64,000 bases of DNA from Minisyncoccota bacterium (GTDB taxonomy: Bacteria; Patescibacteriota; Minisyncoccia; Phycocordibacterales; GWA1-40-21): the NCBI GenBank assembly GCA_041664585.1, contig JBAYKL010000002.1, positions 13,494 through 77,493 on the forward strand, written 5' to 3'. Below, piece after piece: positions 1 to 10,005 of this stretch. The stretch's first letter is position 1; every line of letters starts with the position of its first letter. The notes under the pieces were generated by a model, which was not told where the DNA came from, searched no databases, and saw nothing but the letters and a program-made list of their open reading frames with translations. A program made the translations under genes and the position numbers.

Positions 1-68
1 AATGCTTTCTCCTTCTTTTTTTAAGAGATGAATGTATATTTGTTTTTGCGTGCATTTATTTAGTGAGT

Positions 69-1346
69 CTACTTAGCCTTTATAAACTCCTTACCTCCCA
101 TATATTTTCTAAGAGCTTCAGGAACTTTCACAGAACCATCTGCCTGTTGATTGTTTTCAACTATTTGAATTAGAATTCTTGGAGTAGCTACTGCAGTATT
201 ATTTAATGAGTGAGCAAACTTAAGTTTACCGTCTTCATCTCTGTATCTTATATTTAATCTTCTACATTGAAAATCATGGAAATATGAACAAGAATGTGTT
301 TCGCCATATTTATTCTTTGAAGGCATCCATGTTTCGATATCATATTTCTTTACTTGCCCCATACCCAAATCTCCACCACAATTTACAACAACATGATATG
401 GCAAACCAAGTGTTTGCAAAAGATCTTCAGAGTTTGCAAGAAGCTCTTCGTGATTCTTTACGCTTTCTTCATGTGAAGCTTCACAAAGTATTACCTGTTC
501 AAATTTCATAAATTCATGAACTCTGTAAAGTCCTTTTGTATCTTTACTATAGTTCCCTGCCTCTCTTCTAAACGCAGGAGAAAAAGCTAAAACTTTTTTA
601 GGTAATTCTTTTTTATCTATTGTCTTATCTGCAAAATATCCCATAGTCGCAACTTCTGCAGTACCAGCGAGATAGTCGGCATCTTGTGTTTTATATAAAT
701 CATCTTCACCTTGTGGCAAGAATCCTGTGCCCATAAGAGCTTCTCTTCTTACGAGTGAAGGAACAAGCATCATAGAATATTCTGGATGTTTTGATCTAAA
801 CAAATCTACAGCAAGTTGCCATACGGCAAATTCAAGTTCAGCTCCTTCATTTTTCAAATAGTATCCTCTAAATCCTGCAACCTTCGCACCAGTTTCAAAA
901 TCAGCCAAATCCAATCTCTCCATAATCTCAATATGATCTTTTGGCACAAAATCAAATTTTGGAATTTCTCCCCAAACTTTTACTTCTTTATTATCAGCAT
1001 CGGTATCTCCTTCCGGAACAGAAATATCTGGAACGTTTGGAACAGAGAGCATAAGAGCTTGCCATTCTTTCATGACTTCTTTTAGTTTCTCTTCTTCTTT
1101 CTGCATTTCTTCTTTCAAAACTTTCATCTGAGAAAGAAGCTCAGCCTTTGCACCAGCATCTGTAAGTTGTGGTAATCTTTTTGAGACATCATTCTGTTCA
1201 GATCTCATTTTCTCTGTGGAAGCAAGAAGCTCTTTTCTTTTGTCGTCTGCTTTTATCAAAAGCTCAACGTCAAACTTAACGTGTTTCTTTCTTGATGCCT
1301 CTGCTATAAGGTCTTTATTCTCTCTGATGAATTTTATGTCTAACAT
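69..1346 (-). CDS. serS: seryl-tRNA synthetase
   Basis: 425 aa with N-terminal coiled coil and a class II aaRS core; conserved SerS motifs are visible in the translation. Confidence 0.9.
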   Translation of the reverse strand: MLDIKFIRENKDLIAEASRKKHVKFDVELLIKADDKRKELLASTEKMRSEQNDVSKRLPQLTDAGAKAELLSQMKVLKEEMQKEEEKLKEVMKEWQALMLSVPNVPDISVPEGDTDADNKEVKVWGEIPKFDFVPKDHIEIMERLDLADFETGAKVAGFRGYYLKNEGAELEFAVWQLAVDLFRSKHPEYSMMLVPSLVRREALMGTGFLPQGEDDLYKTQDADYLAGTAEVATMGYFADKTIDKKELPKKVLAFSPAFRREAGNYSKDTKGLYRVHEFMKFEQVILCEASHEESVKNHEELLANSEDLLQTLGLPYHVVVNCGGDLGMGQVKKYDIETWMPSKNKYGETHSCSYFHDFQCRRLNIRYRDEDGKLKFAHSLNNTAVATPRILIQIVENNQQADGSVKVPEALRKYMGGKEFIKAK

Positions 1347-1412
1347 GATTATTTTTTAATATTGATAAATACGAATAATTAACATATTTCGTATTTATTA
1401 TAGTATCAATAA

Positions 1413-2303
1413 ATGATAAAATCAGCAACGATGTTAAAAAACTTTGAAATGCAAATATTAAAGGGTGAAGAAATACCAGAAATGCTTCGGGAAATTTCTG
1501 ATCCACCACATCAAGTATATCTTCAGGGCAAATTACCAAACAAAGAAAGCAAATTGCTTTGTATTGTTGGCTCTCGTAAACATACTGAGTATGGAAAAGA
1601 AGTTTGCGAGAAATTAATAGCGGGACTCAAAGGATATAATATTACAATTGTATCTGGCCTTGCTCTTGGTATAGATGGTATTGCTCACAGAGCTGCTATA
1701 GAAGCTGGGCTCAAGACAATAGCTGTGCCTGGCTCTGGACTAGATGAATCTGTCCTATACCCAAGCTCTCATAAAGAATTAGCAAAAAAGATTTTAAAAA
1801 ATGGCGGAGCATTACTTTCAGAATTTGAACCAAAATTCAGAGCGACCGCGTATAGCTTCCCGCAGAGAAATAGAATTATGGCTGGACTCTCCCATGCAAC
1901 ACTTGTAATAGAAGCAGAAATAAAATCTGGAACACTAATAACTTCAAAATATGCAACTGAATACAATAGAGATGTGTTTACTGTTCCCGGCTCAATATTT
2001 TCCAAAAATTCTGATGGGCCAAATATGCTAATAAGGCTCGGTGCTACACCCATCCGCTCAAGTGAAGACATTCTTGAAGCCTTAGGATTTAAAATAGATG
2101 AAACTCCACAAAATCTAGAGCTCAAATATTCCAATTGTTCAGATGGAGAATTGCTTGTAATTAAAATCTTAAATGAACCCCTACCTAAAGACGAATTGAT
2201 TCGTGCGCTCAAAATGCCAATATCTCAAGTGAATACAATTATTTCAATAATGGAGATTAAAGGACTTATAGAGGAAAGTTTGGGGGAAATAAGATTGACT
2301 TAA
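1413..2303 (+). CDS. dprA: DNA processing protein DprA/Smf
   Basis: 296 aa; Rossmann-like core with GLALGIDGIAHRAAIEAG typical of DprA. Confidence 0.8.
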   Translation: MIKSATMLKNFEMQILKGEEIPEMLREISDPPHQVYLQGKLPNKESKLLCIVGSRKHTEYGKEVCEKLIAGLKGYNITIVSGLALGIDGIAHRAAIEAGLKTIAVPGSGLDESVLYPSSHKELAKKILKNGGALLSEFEPKFRATAYSFPQRNRIMAGLSHATLVIEAEIKSGTLITSKYATEYNRDVFTVPGSIFSKNSDGPNMLIRLGATPIRSSEDILEALGFKIDETPQNLELKYSNCSDGELLVIKILNEPLPKDELIRALKMPISQVNTIISIMEIKGLIEESLGEIRLT

Positions 2304-2329
2304 ATCTCAATTACTATAAAATTCTTTCG

Positions 2330-2669
2330 GGCAGGAAACATTTGGTTTGGTTTTGTTAGGATAGTTGGAGTAAAAGCGTCCTTACAGTTTCAAGTTCGTG
2401 GATTCCAAGGTTCTTTCTGATATGCGTAGAATAGGTGGTAGACAATGTTTTCTGATTCCGGTCAGAAAGATGTTAAGTCGAAAATTACTGAAAAAGGGTT
2501 ACGGCTGTAAGTCTCGATACTCTCCAGAGTCGAGAAAAGGAAGGTTCGTTTTAACCCGAATTAAGTAGCTACTGGTCTTAGGACTTCAGTAAGCGTGAAA
2601 TACCACTCATTATCAAATAAACTCAGGAATCAACCTGCTCAGGCTGACACAATCGTGTCAGCTTTTTTT
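2330..2669 (+). ncRNA. candidate structured ncRNA (identity unresolved) ending in an intrinsic terminator
   Basis: no ORF; GC higher than flanks; several complementary stems (ctttctga/tcagaaag, tctcga/tcgaga); ends with hairpin gctgacacaatcgtgtcagc plus T-run at 2643-2669. Confidence 0.3.
2643..2669 (+). terminator. rho-independent terminator
   Basis: perfect 8-bp stem gctgacac/gtgtcagc followed by TTTTTTT. Confidence 0.7.
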
Positions 2670-2715
2670 ATTTAAAATTTGCTAAAAACTGAAATATGGT
2701 ATATTAGTATCAAAT

Positions 2716-4875
2716 ATGAAGTTATTAATTGTAGAGTCTCCGTCCAAAGCGAAGACCATAGAAAAATATTTGGAAGGATCATACACAGTGCGTGCGAGCA
2801 TTGGGCATATTCGTGATTTACCAAAAAGCAATAAAAAGGCTATTGATATAGAAGGTGGCTTTATTCCCCATTATGAAATAAGCCCAGGAAAAGAAAAAGT
2901 TGTTGCTGAATTAAAATCTCTTTCAAACAAAGCAGAAGAAGTATTACTCGCAACTGACCCTGACCGAGAAGGAGAAGCTATTGCTTGGCACATCAAAGAA
3001 GCTATTGGTCTCAAAAATCCAAAGAGAGTTTGTTTCTATGAAATTACGAAAGATGCTATTAAAGAAGCAATTCAAAATCCTCGTGATATAGATGAGAACT
3101 TGAGAAAAGCTCAGGAAGCAAGAAGAGTACTAGATAGACTTGTAGGATATGATCTCTCTGGCCTTATTTGGAAAAAAGTAAGATACGGACTTTCTGCTGG
3201 ACGTGTACAATCCCCTGCTCTCAGAATTATAATGGAAAGGGAAAGAGAAATCCGTGCATTCAACCCTGAACAATTCTGGGTTATTGAAGCTGATACAGAA
3301 ACAAAAGAAAGAACAAAAATAACTTTTGGATGTGACAAAGAACCTAGAGATATAAAAGAAGTAGAAAAAATTCTTGATACTGCAAAGAAAGAACCTTGGT
3401 CTGTAAAAAGTGTTACAGAAACAGAAGCCAAGAGATCACCAAAAGCTCCATTTACAACTTCTACTCTTCAACAAACAGCAAGCACTCGCTTAGGATACGC
3501 TCCATCAAAAACAATGATGGTTGCTCAAAGATTATATGAAGCTGGTCTCATTACATACATGAGAACAGACAGCACCAACTTGAGCGTAACTGCACTTGAT
3601 CAAATTGGTAATTTGGTAAATAAAAAATATGGTGCTGACTATGCAAAAAGAAATGTATATGTAACAAAAAGCAAAAATGCTCAAGAAGCTCACGAAGCTA
3701 TTCGCCCTACAGATGTAAACAAAGAAATGGCTGGTGCAAATGATGAACAAGCACATCTATATCGTTTGATATGGCAAAGAACTGTTGCATCTCAAATGAC
3801 AGATGCAAAAATTCTCAGAACAAAAATCACTGCGATAGTAAATAACGAAATTCCAACTTTCTCTATAAACGGCTCAAGAATGCTTTTTGATGGTTGGCTC
3901 AAGGCTGATCCAGATGCTCGTGGTGAAGATGTTGAACTTCCAAAAGTAAAAGAAGGTGATGCTTTAAATCTACAAGACATCAGAAGCCAAGAGAAATTTA
4001 CAGAACCACCAGGAAGATATACTGAAGCTGGGCTTATAAAAGAACTTGAAAAAAGAGGTATTGGTAGACCTTCTACATATGCTTCTATTATGAAAACCAT
4101 AGAAACAAGAGGTTATGTTGAAAAACAAAACAAAACTCTCTTCCCTACTGACACAGGAGAAGTGGTCAGTGATTTCTTGGAAAATAATTTCGCAGAATAT
4201 ATAAGTGATACATTTACAGCTGACATGGAAGACAAGCTCGATGATATTTCAAATGGGAAAAGAGAATATGAAAAAACTTTGAAAGATTTCTATGGACCTT
4301 TTCTTAAAGATGTAAAAGCAAAAGACAAAATAGAAAAGATTACAAATCTTGGGGAAGCAGATCCAAAACATATTTGTCCAAAATGCGGCGGACCAATGGT
4401 TATAAAACTTTCTAAAACTGGTAAATTCCTAAGTTGTAAAAACTTCCCTGACTGTGTAGGTGCAAGAAAAATAACAGGAGAAGAGCTTGAGGGACCAAAA
4501 GAGACTGGGGAAATTTGTCCTGAATGTGGTGTGGGTAAGCTTGTAGAAAGAGATGGAAGATTTGGAAGATTCATCGCTTGTGCAAATTATCCAAAATGTA
4601 AATATATTAAAAAAGGAGAAGGAGCTCCACAAAATACAACCGGAGTAAAATGTCCTGTATGTAAAACTGGTGAAATGTCTGAACGTAGAGGAAGATTTGG
4701 AGTGTTCTACAGCTGTACCAACTATCCAAAATGTAAGAATGCAATAAAAGCAAAACCAACAGGTAACCTCTGTCCTACTTGTGGAGCCTTAATGATGGAA
4801 GGCACCAAAACTATCCCTGAAAGATGTTCTGATAAAACTTGTCCTAATCATAGACCAGATAAATTAAATAAATAA
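2716..4875 (+). CDS. topA: DNA topoisomerase I with C-terminal C4 zinc-ribbon repeats
   Basis: 719 aa; TOPRIM N-terminus and type IA core; four CxxC...CxxC zinc ribbons at the C-terminus. Confidence 0.9.
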   Translation: MKLLIVESPSKAKTIEKYLEGSYTVRASIGHIRDLPKSNKKAIDIEGGFIPHYEISPGKEKVVAELKSLSNKAEEVLLATDPDREGEAIAWHIKEAIGLKNPKRVCFYEITKDAIKEAIQNPRDIDENLRKAQEARRVLDRLVGYDLSGLIWKKVRYGLSAGRVQSPALRIIMEREREIRAFNPEQFWVIEADTETKERTKITFGCDKEPRDIKEVEKILDTAKKEPWSVKSVTETEAKRSPKAPFTTSTLQQTASTRLGYAPSKTMMVAQRLYEAGLITYMRTDSTNLSVTALDQIGNLVNKKYGADYAKRNVYVTKSKNAQEAHEAIRPTDVNKEMAGANDEQAHLYRLIWQRTVASQMTDAKILRTKITAIVNNEIPTFSINGSRMLFDGWLKADPDARGEDVELPKVKEGDALNLQDIRSQEKFTEPPGRYTEAGLIKELEKRGIGRPSTYASIMKTIETRGYVEKQNKTLFPTDTGEVVSDFLENNFAEYISDTFTADMEDKLDDISNGKREYEKTLKDFYGPFLKDVKAKDKIEKITNLGEADPKHICPKCGGPMVIKLSKTGKFLSCKNFPDCVGARKITGEELEGPKETGEICPECGVGKLVERDGRFGRFIACANYPKCKYIKKGEGAPQNTTGVKCPVCKTGEMSERRGRFGVFYSCTNYPKCKNAIKAKPTGNLCPTCGALMMEGTKTIPERCSDKTCPNHRPDKLNK

Positions 4876-4878
4876 TTT

Positions 4879-5409
4879 ATGTCAAACAAAACCTTCGTCG
4901 GTATTTTAATAATGACAAAAGTAAAACTTTCAAAAGATTCTCCAGAAGAATTAGTTGCTCTATTACAAAGAAGAGGAAAAATAAATGACGAGGGACCCGA
5001 GTATTTTAACTTACAATCATATTCAGGGCTCTGTGAAATAACTTCATACGGGAAAGCAGATCTAAATGAAGATTCAGAAGCCGCGCTAATGAGAGAAACA
5101 ACAGAAGAGCTTGGAGAAAAAGTATCTGAGATGATTTTACAATATGGAAAGAAACAATTGATTGATGAAGTAAATGAAAAAGGAGAAAGATATTACATCT
5201 TCACTTCCCTATTACCAAAAGAAGTTTTGAAAGAAATTCAATTAGATATTTCTACTGGTGGAATTGAAATTGTCAGAAAATCTGATTTAGAAAATATGGA
5301 AAGTCATTATTTTAGTAAAGAAAAAATTACGATTAAAGATCTAGACAATATTACTCTCTGGGAACTCCCAGTATCTGTTCTACAAAAAGCATTTGAAATA
5401 TTTTCATAA
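4879..5409 (+). CDS. hypothetical protein with a degenerate NUDIX-box-like segment
   Basis: GKADLNEDSEAALMRETTEELGE fits G-x5-E-x7-RE-xx-EE-xG loosely; start codon uncertain. Confidence 0.35.
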   Translation: MSNKTFVGILIMTKVKLSKDSPEELVALLQRRGKINDEGPEYFNLQSYSGLCEITSYGKADLNEDSEAALMRETTEELGEKVSEMILQYGKKQLIDEVNEKGERYYIFTSLLPKEVLKEIQLDISTGGIEIVRKSDLENMESHYFSKEKITIKDLDNITLWELPVSVLQKAFEIFS

Positions 5410-5428
5410 AGTGTATACTATTTAATAT

Positions 5429-6943
5429 ATGCCTTATGAAGATATAGTCTCATTCATGGATTCCCCTTCAAAAGAAGATATCGCGCTTGTAAAAAAGGCG
5501 TGTCTTTTTGCTGAAGAAGTACATAAAGATGTAAAAAGGAAGTCCGGAGAGCCTTATTTTAACCACGTATTTGAGACTGCTAAAACACTAGCTCAACTCA
5601 AAATGGGAGCGGTTACTATATCTGCTGGACTACTTCACGACTCTATAGAAGACGGTGTGGCTACAGAAGAATGCATAAGAAAAGAATTCGGCGAAGAAAT
5701 TCTTTTCTTAGTAAATGGAGTTACTAAACTTGGTAAAGTAAAATATCGTGGAGCGGAAAGGCATATCGAAAGTTTGAGAAAATTCATGGTGGCTATGGCA
5801 CAAGATATTCGTGTCCTTATTATTCGTCTTGCCGACAGACTACACAACATGAAGACTCTTCAATACGTTCGTCCAGACAAACAAAAAAGAATCGCTATGG
5901 AAACTCTTGAAATATATGCTCCACTTGCATACAGACTTTCTATAAGAAAACTCTCCCGTGAACTTGAAGACCTTTCATTCAAATATGTTGACCCAAAAGA
6001 ATATGAAGAAACAATTAAACTTTTAAAACAAAAAAAGGAAGAGACTCTTCCTAGACTAGAAAAGTTTATCAAATCTGTAAAAAAGGCCTTAGCAAAAGAG
6101 GGTCTTACAAATATAGCTACAGACTACAGACAAAAAGGCATATATAGTTTACATAAAAAATTAGATTCTAAAGATAACGACATAGAAAAAATATATGATA
6201 TCTTGGCTCTTAGAGTTATGGTAGATGACGTAGCAGAATGTTATAAAGTCCTTGGTATAATCCATGGTGAATGGAGACCCCTACCTGGAAGAATAAAAGA
6301 CTACATAGCCTTTCCTAAACCAAATGGATATAAAAGCCTTCATACAACAATATTCACTGGTGACGGCTCTATTGTAGAGGTCCAGATCAGGACAAAAGAG
6401 ATGCACTTAAGTGCTGAGTATGGTATCGCCTCTCACATTTCATATAAAGAAAATGGTAATAAAAATATAAAAGACAATTCTGATATAAATTGGTTCAGAC
6501 AATTCCTACCAAAAACTATTAACTTTGCAAAAGAAAACGTAAACAAAAAAGAAGTGCCACTTTGGATTAACGAAATTGTAGATTCACAAGAGAAAATAAA
6601 AACAGACAATGAAAAAGAAGGTTTTATGGACGACCTTAAATCTGATTTTTTCAATCAAAGAATTTTCATTTTCACACCAAAGGGAGAAGTTGTAGATTTA
6701 CCAGCTGGGTCTACAACCTTAGACTTCGCTTTCGCTATACACTCTGACATCGGAATACACACCAATAGCGCAAAAGTAAACGGAAAAATGTCCGCCCTTA
6801 AAACAGAACTCAAAAATGGTGACATTGTAGAAATAGTAACAAAAAAAGATAGCAAGCCCACATCAAAGTGGCTTGAGATGGTAAAGACAAACATGGCCAA
6901 GAGGCATATTAATAATTATTTGGATAAACAAAAGAAAAAATAA
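5429..6943 (+). CDS. rel: bifunctional (p)ppGpp synthetase/hydrolase, RelA/SpoT family
   Basis: HD domain (HDSIEDG), synthetase domain, and TGS domain at the C-terminus; 504 aa, no ACT domain. Confidence 0.85.
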   Translation: MPYEDIVSFMDSPSKEDIALVKKACLFAEEVHKDVKRKSGEPYFNHVFETAKTLAQLKMGAVTISAGLLHDSIEDGVATEECIRKEFGEEILFLVNGVTKLGKVKYRGAERHIESLRKFMVAMAQDIRVLIIRLADRLHNMKTLQYVRPDKQKRIAMETLEIYAPLAYRLSIRKLSRELEDLSFKYVDPKEYEETIKLLKQKKEETLPRLEKFIKSVKKALAKEGLTNIATDYRQKGIYSLHKKLDSKDNDIEKIYDILALRVMVDDVAECYKVLGIIHGEWRPLPGRIKDYIAFPKPNGYKSLHTTIFTGDGSIVEVQIRTKEMHLSAEYGIASHISYKENGNKNIKDNSDINWFRQFLPKTINFAKENVNKKEVPLWINEIVDSQEKIKTDNEKEGFMDDLKSDFFNQRIFIFTPKGEVVDLPAGSTTLDFAFAIHSDIGIHTNSAKVNGKMSALKTELKNGDIVEIVTKKDSKPTSKWLEMVKTNMAKRHINNYLDKQKKK

Positions 6944-6945
6944 AA

Positions 6946-6970
6946 AGTGCGTTTAGAAACGCACTTTTTA
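6946..6970. terminator. bidirectional intrinsic terminator between convergent rel and parB
   Basis: hairpin agtgcgtttagaaacgcact flanked by A-run and T-run. Confidence 0.6.
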
Positions 6971-6971
6971 T

Positions 6972-7958
6972 TTATAAACTAAAGTTTTTTACAGAATAAA
7001 GCTCTTCATTTTCTTCGTCAGCCTTTTTCTCTTCCTTACTTCTATCATCCAAAAGCTCGATAGGTTCTTCTGATTTTATTTCTCCGACTTCTGCAATATG
7101 TCTATTTAACATCTCATCTGCTTTCTTCTTTTTTTGTCCTTCCATTAAATCGAGTATCGTACGAAGATCATCATTTGAAAAGAAATCTATTGTAATCTTT
7201 CCACCATTTTGTCCTTTTTCAATATGTACTCTAGTACCAAGAGATTCTGTAAATTTTTCTTCCAGAGAAACTATTTCTGGATCAAAAACATTTTCTTTCT
7301 TTCTAGCTCTTTCTGTAGCGATCTTTCTAGCTACAAGCTCAGCATCACGAACAGTCATCTTCTTATATATGATCTCTTTAAACAAAACCTCTTGTTCGTC
7401 TGGTCTATCTACAAGCATAAGAAGAGGTCTAGTATGTCCCTCGCTTATCTTACCCTCTCTAAGGGCCATAAGTATGTGCTCAGGCAACAAAAGTATACGA
7501 AGACTGTTTGATACGTATTCCCTACTTTTACCCATTTTCTGGGCAATCTGAGTGTGTTTGAGGCCAAACTGGTCTGCAAGCTGTCTAAAAGCCACCGCAC
7601 GGTCTACGGCATTTAAATCCTCTCTTTGTAGGTTCTCAATGATAGCAAGCTCAAGCTTCATCAAATTACTTTCTTCATTTGAACGAATAACGACAGGTAC
7701 TTGAGATACGCCAGCAAGTTTAGATGCACGAAGTCTTCTTTCTCCTGAAATAAGTTCATATTCAACAACAATACCGTCATCTTTTACGATTTCATTTCTT
7801 GTAACTACAAGGGGTTGAAGTACACCGTACTGTTTTATAGATTCCCCAAGGTCTCTAAGTTTGCTTTCATCAAACTCTTTTCTTGGTTGATATGGATTTG
7901 GTTTTATCTTATCTACCTCTACCCAGAATATTGAATCGCTGAAAAATTGTGATGCCAT
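6972..7958 (-). CDS. parB: chromosome partitioning protein ParB/Spo0J
   Basis: ParB N-terminal domain with GERRLRA motif, HTH, and acidic C-terminus. Confidence 0.85.
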   Translation of the reverse strand: MASQFFSDSIFWVEVDKIKPNPYQPRKEFDESKLRDLGESIKQYGVLQPLVVTRNEIVKDDGIVVEYELISGERRLRASKLAGVSQVPVVIRSNEESNLMKLELAIIENLQREDLNAVDRAVAFRQLADQFGLKHTQIAQKMGKSREYVSNSLRILLLPEHILMALREGKISEGHTRPLLMLVDRPDEQEVLFKEIIYKKMTVRDAELVARKIATERARKKENVFDPEIVSLEEKFTESLGTRVHIEKGQNGGKITIDFFSNDDLRTILDLMEGQKKKKADEMLNRHIAEVGEIKSEEPIELLDDRSKEEKKADEENEELYSVKNFSL

Positions 7959-8056
7959 TTTGTTAATTAAATTAATTTCTTATTCAGTATTTTAACATGT
8001 AATCCAAACTAACAAAAATTGATTTTTGTTGACAAATTGTGTAGTATTTGACACAT

Positions 8057-8140
8057 GCCGGAGTGGCGGAATGGTAGACGCGCACGACTCAAAATCGTGT
8101 CTCGAAAGGGGTGAGGGTTCGAGTCCCTCCTCCGGCACCA
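8057..8140 (+). tRNA. tRNA-Leu (anticodon CAA)
   Basis: cloverleaf with long variable arm, anticodon loop ctCAAaa, T-loop GGTTCGAGTCC, encoded CCA. Confidence 0.85.
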
Positions 8141-8148
8141 AAATAAAA

Positions 8149-8180
8149 ACACGTAACCCTTTGGTTACGTGTTTCGTTTT
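8149..8180. terminator. intrinsic terminator (bidirectional)
   Basis: acacgtaacc/ggttacgtgt hairpin plus T-run; lies between tRNA-Leu and the stop of the convergent minus-strand gene. Confidence 0.6.
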
Positions 8181-8879
8181 TCACCCATGAATCAGGTCTG
8201 CCAATTCACGAACTTTTTGTGGAATAAGATATTCATGATTCCCAAGACTCGATATTCTTTCGCAGATACTTGAGGCAACCAAGAAGATATCCACGTACTC
8301 CAAGAAAGCCGAGACATTATTCGCATCCACTCCACTAGCCAAAGCCAGGGGGTTTTTGTCTCCGAGACATCGTTTAATTGAAATCAGCTTATCAATATCT
8401 GGTGCAGAACCTGTTTTGTTTCCACTTGTTGTTACAACGTCAACGATTTGAACAGCTGCACGACAAGCACTTTCCAGTGCATCACCATCGATGTGTGGAT
8501 TAATGTACTTAAACCCAACACCACCAAAAACTTTTACACTTGAGGGTACTAAAAGTTTTTGATCTGGCATGCCATCAATCCATAATCCATCTAATGCACT
8601 ACACTGGTCTGCCATTTCAACCAGCCTGTCCCATTTTTTTTCATTGGACAAATCGAGAAAGTTAATCCCGATCCAAAAAGTTGGGAAGTGCCTTCTTACA
8701 TGTTCATAGATTTCGTGTAAATCACAGAAATGCATTCCGTGACCGATGAGAAAAACACCGTCTGCGCCATTTTCTTTGGCGATTTCAGTATTTCTCAAAG
8801 CGTGGCCAATACCCTGTTGGGTATTCGGGTCAATACAATGGATAACTGGGAAAAACAATTCCTTTAAACGAGCTATCAT
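8181..8879 (-). CDS. TIM-barrel protein, PcrB/GGGP-synthase-like (alternatively BtpA-like)
   Basis: 232 aa; IHCIDPNT resembles the PcrB/GGGPS (F/K)LDPNK motif, GADGVFLIGHG resembles DAVIIGGS, HVRRHF is shared, glycine-rich phosphate-binding C-terminus; GC higher than neighbours. Confidence 0.4.
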   Translation of the reverse strand: MIARLKELFFPVIHCIDPNTQQGIGHALRNTEIAKENGADGVFLIGHGMHFCDLHEIYEHVRRHFPTFWIGINFLDLSNEKKWDRLVEMADQCSALDGLWIDGMPDQKLLVPSSVKVFGGVGFKYINPHIDGDALESACRAAVQIVDVVTTSGNKTGSAPDIDKLISIKRCLGDKNPLALASGVDANNVSAFLEYVDIFLVASSICERISSLGNHEYLIPQKVRELADLIHG

Positions 8880-8983
8880 AACAGATCTCCTTTCGAGGTT
8901 AATCTATACATAAATCTACATACAAAAAAATATAAGTCAACACTACCTTGTTATGACCCCACTTTTATGTAAATATAATCCTG

Positions 8984-9871
8984 ATGGAAATAATAAAACC
9001 CAAAATCATAGTAATCCTTGGCCCAACCTCATCAGGCAAAAGTGATGTAGCTGTTTCTATGGCTAAAAAATTCAATGGGGAAATAATAAGTGCAGATTCT
9101 AGACAGGTATACAAAGGGATGGATTTGGGTACGGGGAAAATAACAAAAAAAGAAATGCTTGGTATTCCACACTACTTACTTGATGTAGCAAACCCTAAAA
9201 CCATTTTTTCTGTGGAGAAATATAAGAAACTAGCAGAAAAGAAAATTGAAGAAATATTAAAGAAAAACAAAACACCAATAATATGTGGTGGCACTGGATT
9301 CTATATTGATAGTATAGTAAAAAATATCCTTCTACCTCAAGTTAAACCGAACAAAAAGCTAAGGAAAGAATTGGAAAATAAAACAACTGAGGAGCTTTAT
9401 AGAACCCTCCAAAAACTCTCCCCTTCTCGTGCTCAAAATATAGATTCAAAAAATAGAGTAAGACTAATCAGAGCAATAGAAATAGCCAAAGCTCTTGGTA
9501 AAGTACCAGAAGTAAAAGAGCTACCAAGTAAATATGAATTCATATTGATAGGTATTGATCTACCAGATGAAATACTTAAAGAAAGAATAAAAATAAGATT
9601 ACAAAAACGCCTTAAAGCTGGAATGCTCAAGGAGGTGCAGAAGCTAAAAAAAGATGGTGTATCTTGGAAGAGATTAGAATCCTTCGGCCTAGAGTACAGA
9701 AACTGTGCTTTGTTTCTACAAAATAAAATAAGCAAAGAACAAATGATTCAAAATATAGAAAAAGAAAGCTTCCAATATGTTAAAAGACAGAGAACGTGGT
9801 TTAGAAGAAACAAGAATATAAAGTGGTTTGGAAACAATAAAAGAGATATCTTAAACCATCTTCTGAAATAA
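8984..9871 (+). CDS. miaA: tRNA dimethylallyltransferase
   Basis: P-loop GPTSSGKS, then ADSRQVYKGMDLGTGK; 295 aa. Confidence 0.9.
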   Translation: MEIIKPKIIVILGPTSSGKSDVAVSMAKKFNGEIISADSRQVYKGMDLGTGKITKKEMLGIPHYLLDVANPKTIFSVEKYKKLAEKKIEEILKKNKTPIICGGTGFYIDSIVKNILLPQVKPNKKLRKELENKTTEELYRTLQKLSPSRAQNIDSKNRVRLIRAIEIAKALGKVPEVKELPSKYEFILIGIDLPDEILKERIKIRLQKRLKAGMLKEVQKLKKDGVSWKRLESFGLEYRNCALFLQNKISKEQMIQNIEKESFQYVKRQRTWFRRNKNIKWFGNNKRDILNHLLK

Positions 9872-9875
9872 TTTG

Positions 9876-9946
9876 CGGGCCCACGAGGATTCGAACCTCG
9901 GTCAATCGTTTTGGAGACGATTATTCTACCACTGAACTATAGGCCC
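9876..9946 (-). tRNA. tRNA-Trp (anticodon CCA)
   Basis: reverse complement folds as a cloverleaf; anticodon loop CTCCAAA; T-loop GGTTCGAATCC; no encoded CCA. Confidence 0.8.
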
Positions 9947-9980
9947 AACGAAACTAATATAGCATAAAAAAACCGAAAGA

Positions 9981-10003
9981 AAAACCGCCCAAAGGCGGTT
10001 TTT
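9981..10003 (-). terminator. intrinsic terminator downstream of rpmG
   Basis: aaaaccgccc aaa gggcggtttt hairpin with T-run on the minus strand. Confidence 0.65.
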
Positions 10004-10005
10004 AA

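Noticed and set aside
3111-4632. Several 67-106-aa antisense ORFs inside topA
   Set aside because: They lie fully within a confidently identified topA, are low-complexity, and have no start signals
8181-8879. Calling the TIM-barrel gene BtpA or thiamine-phosphate synthase
   Set aside because: The N-terminal IDPNT, GADGVFLIGHG and HVRRHF blocks align better with the PcrB/GGGPS pattern; it is retained only as an alternative in the feature call
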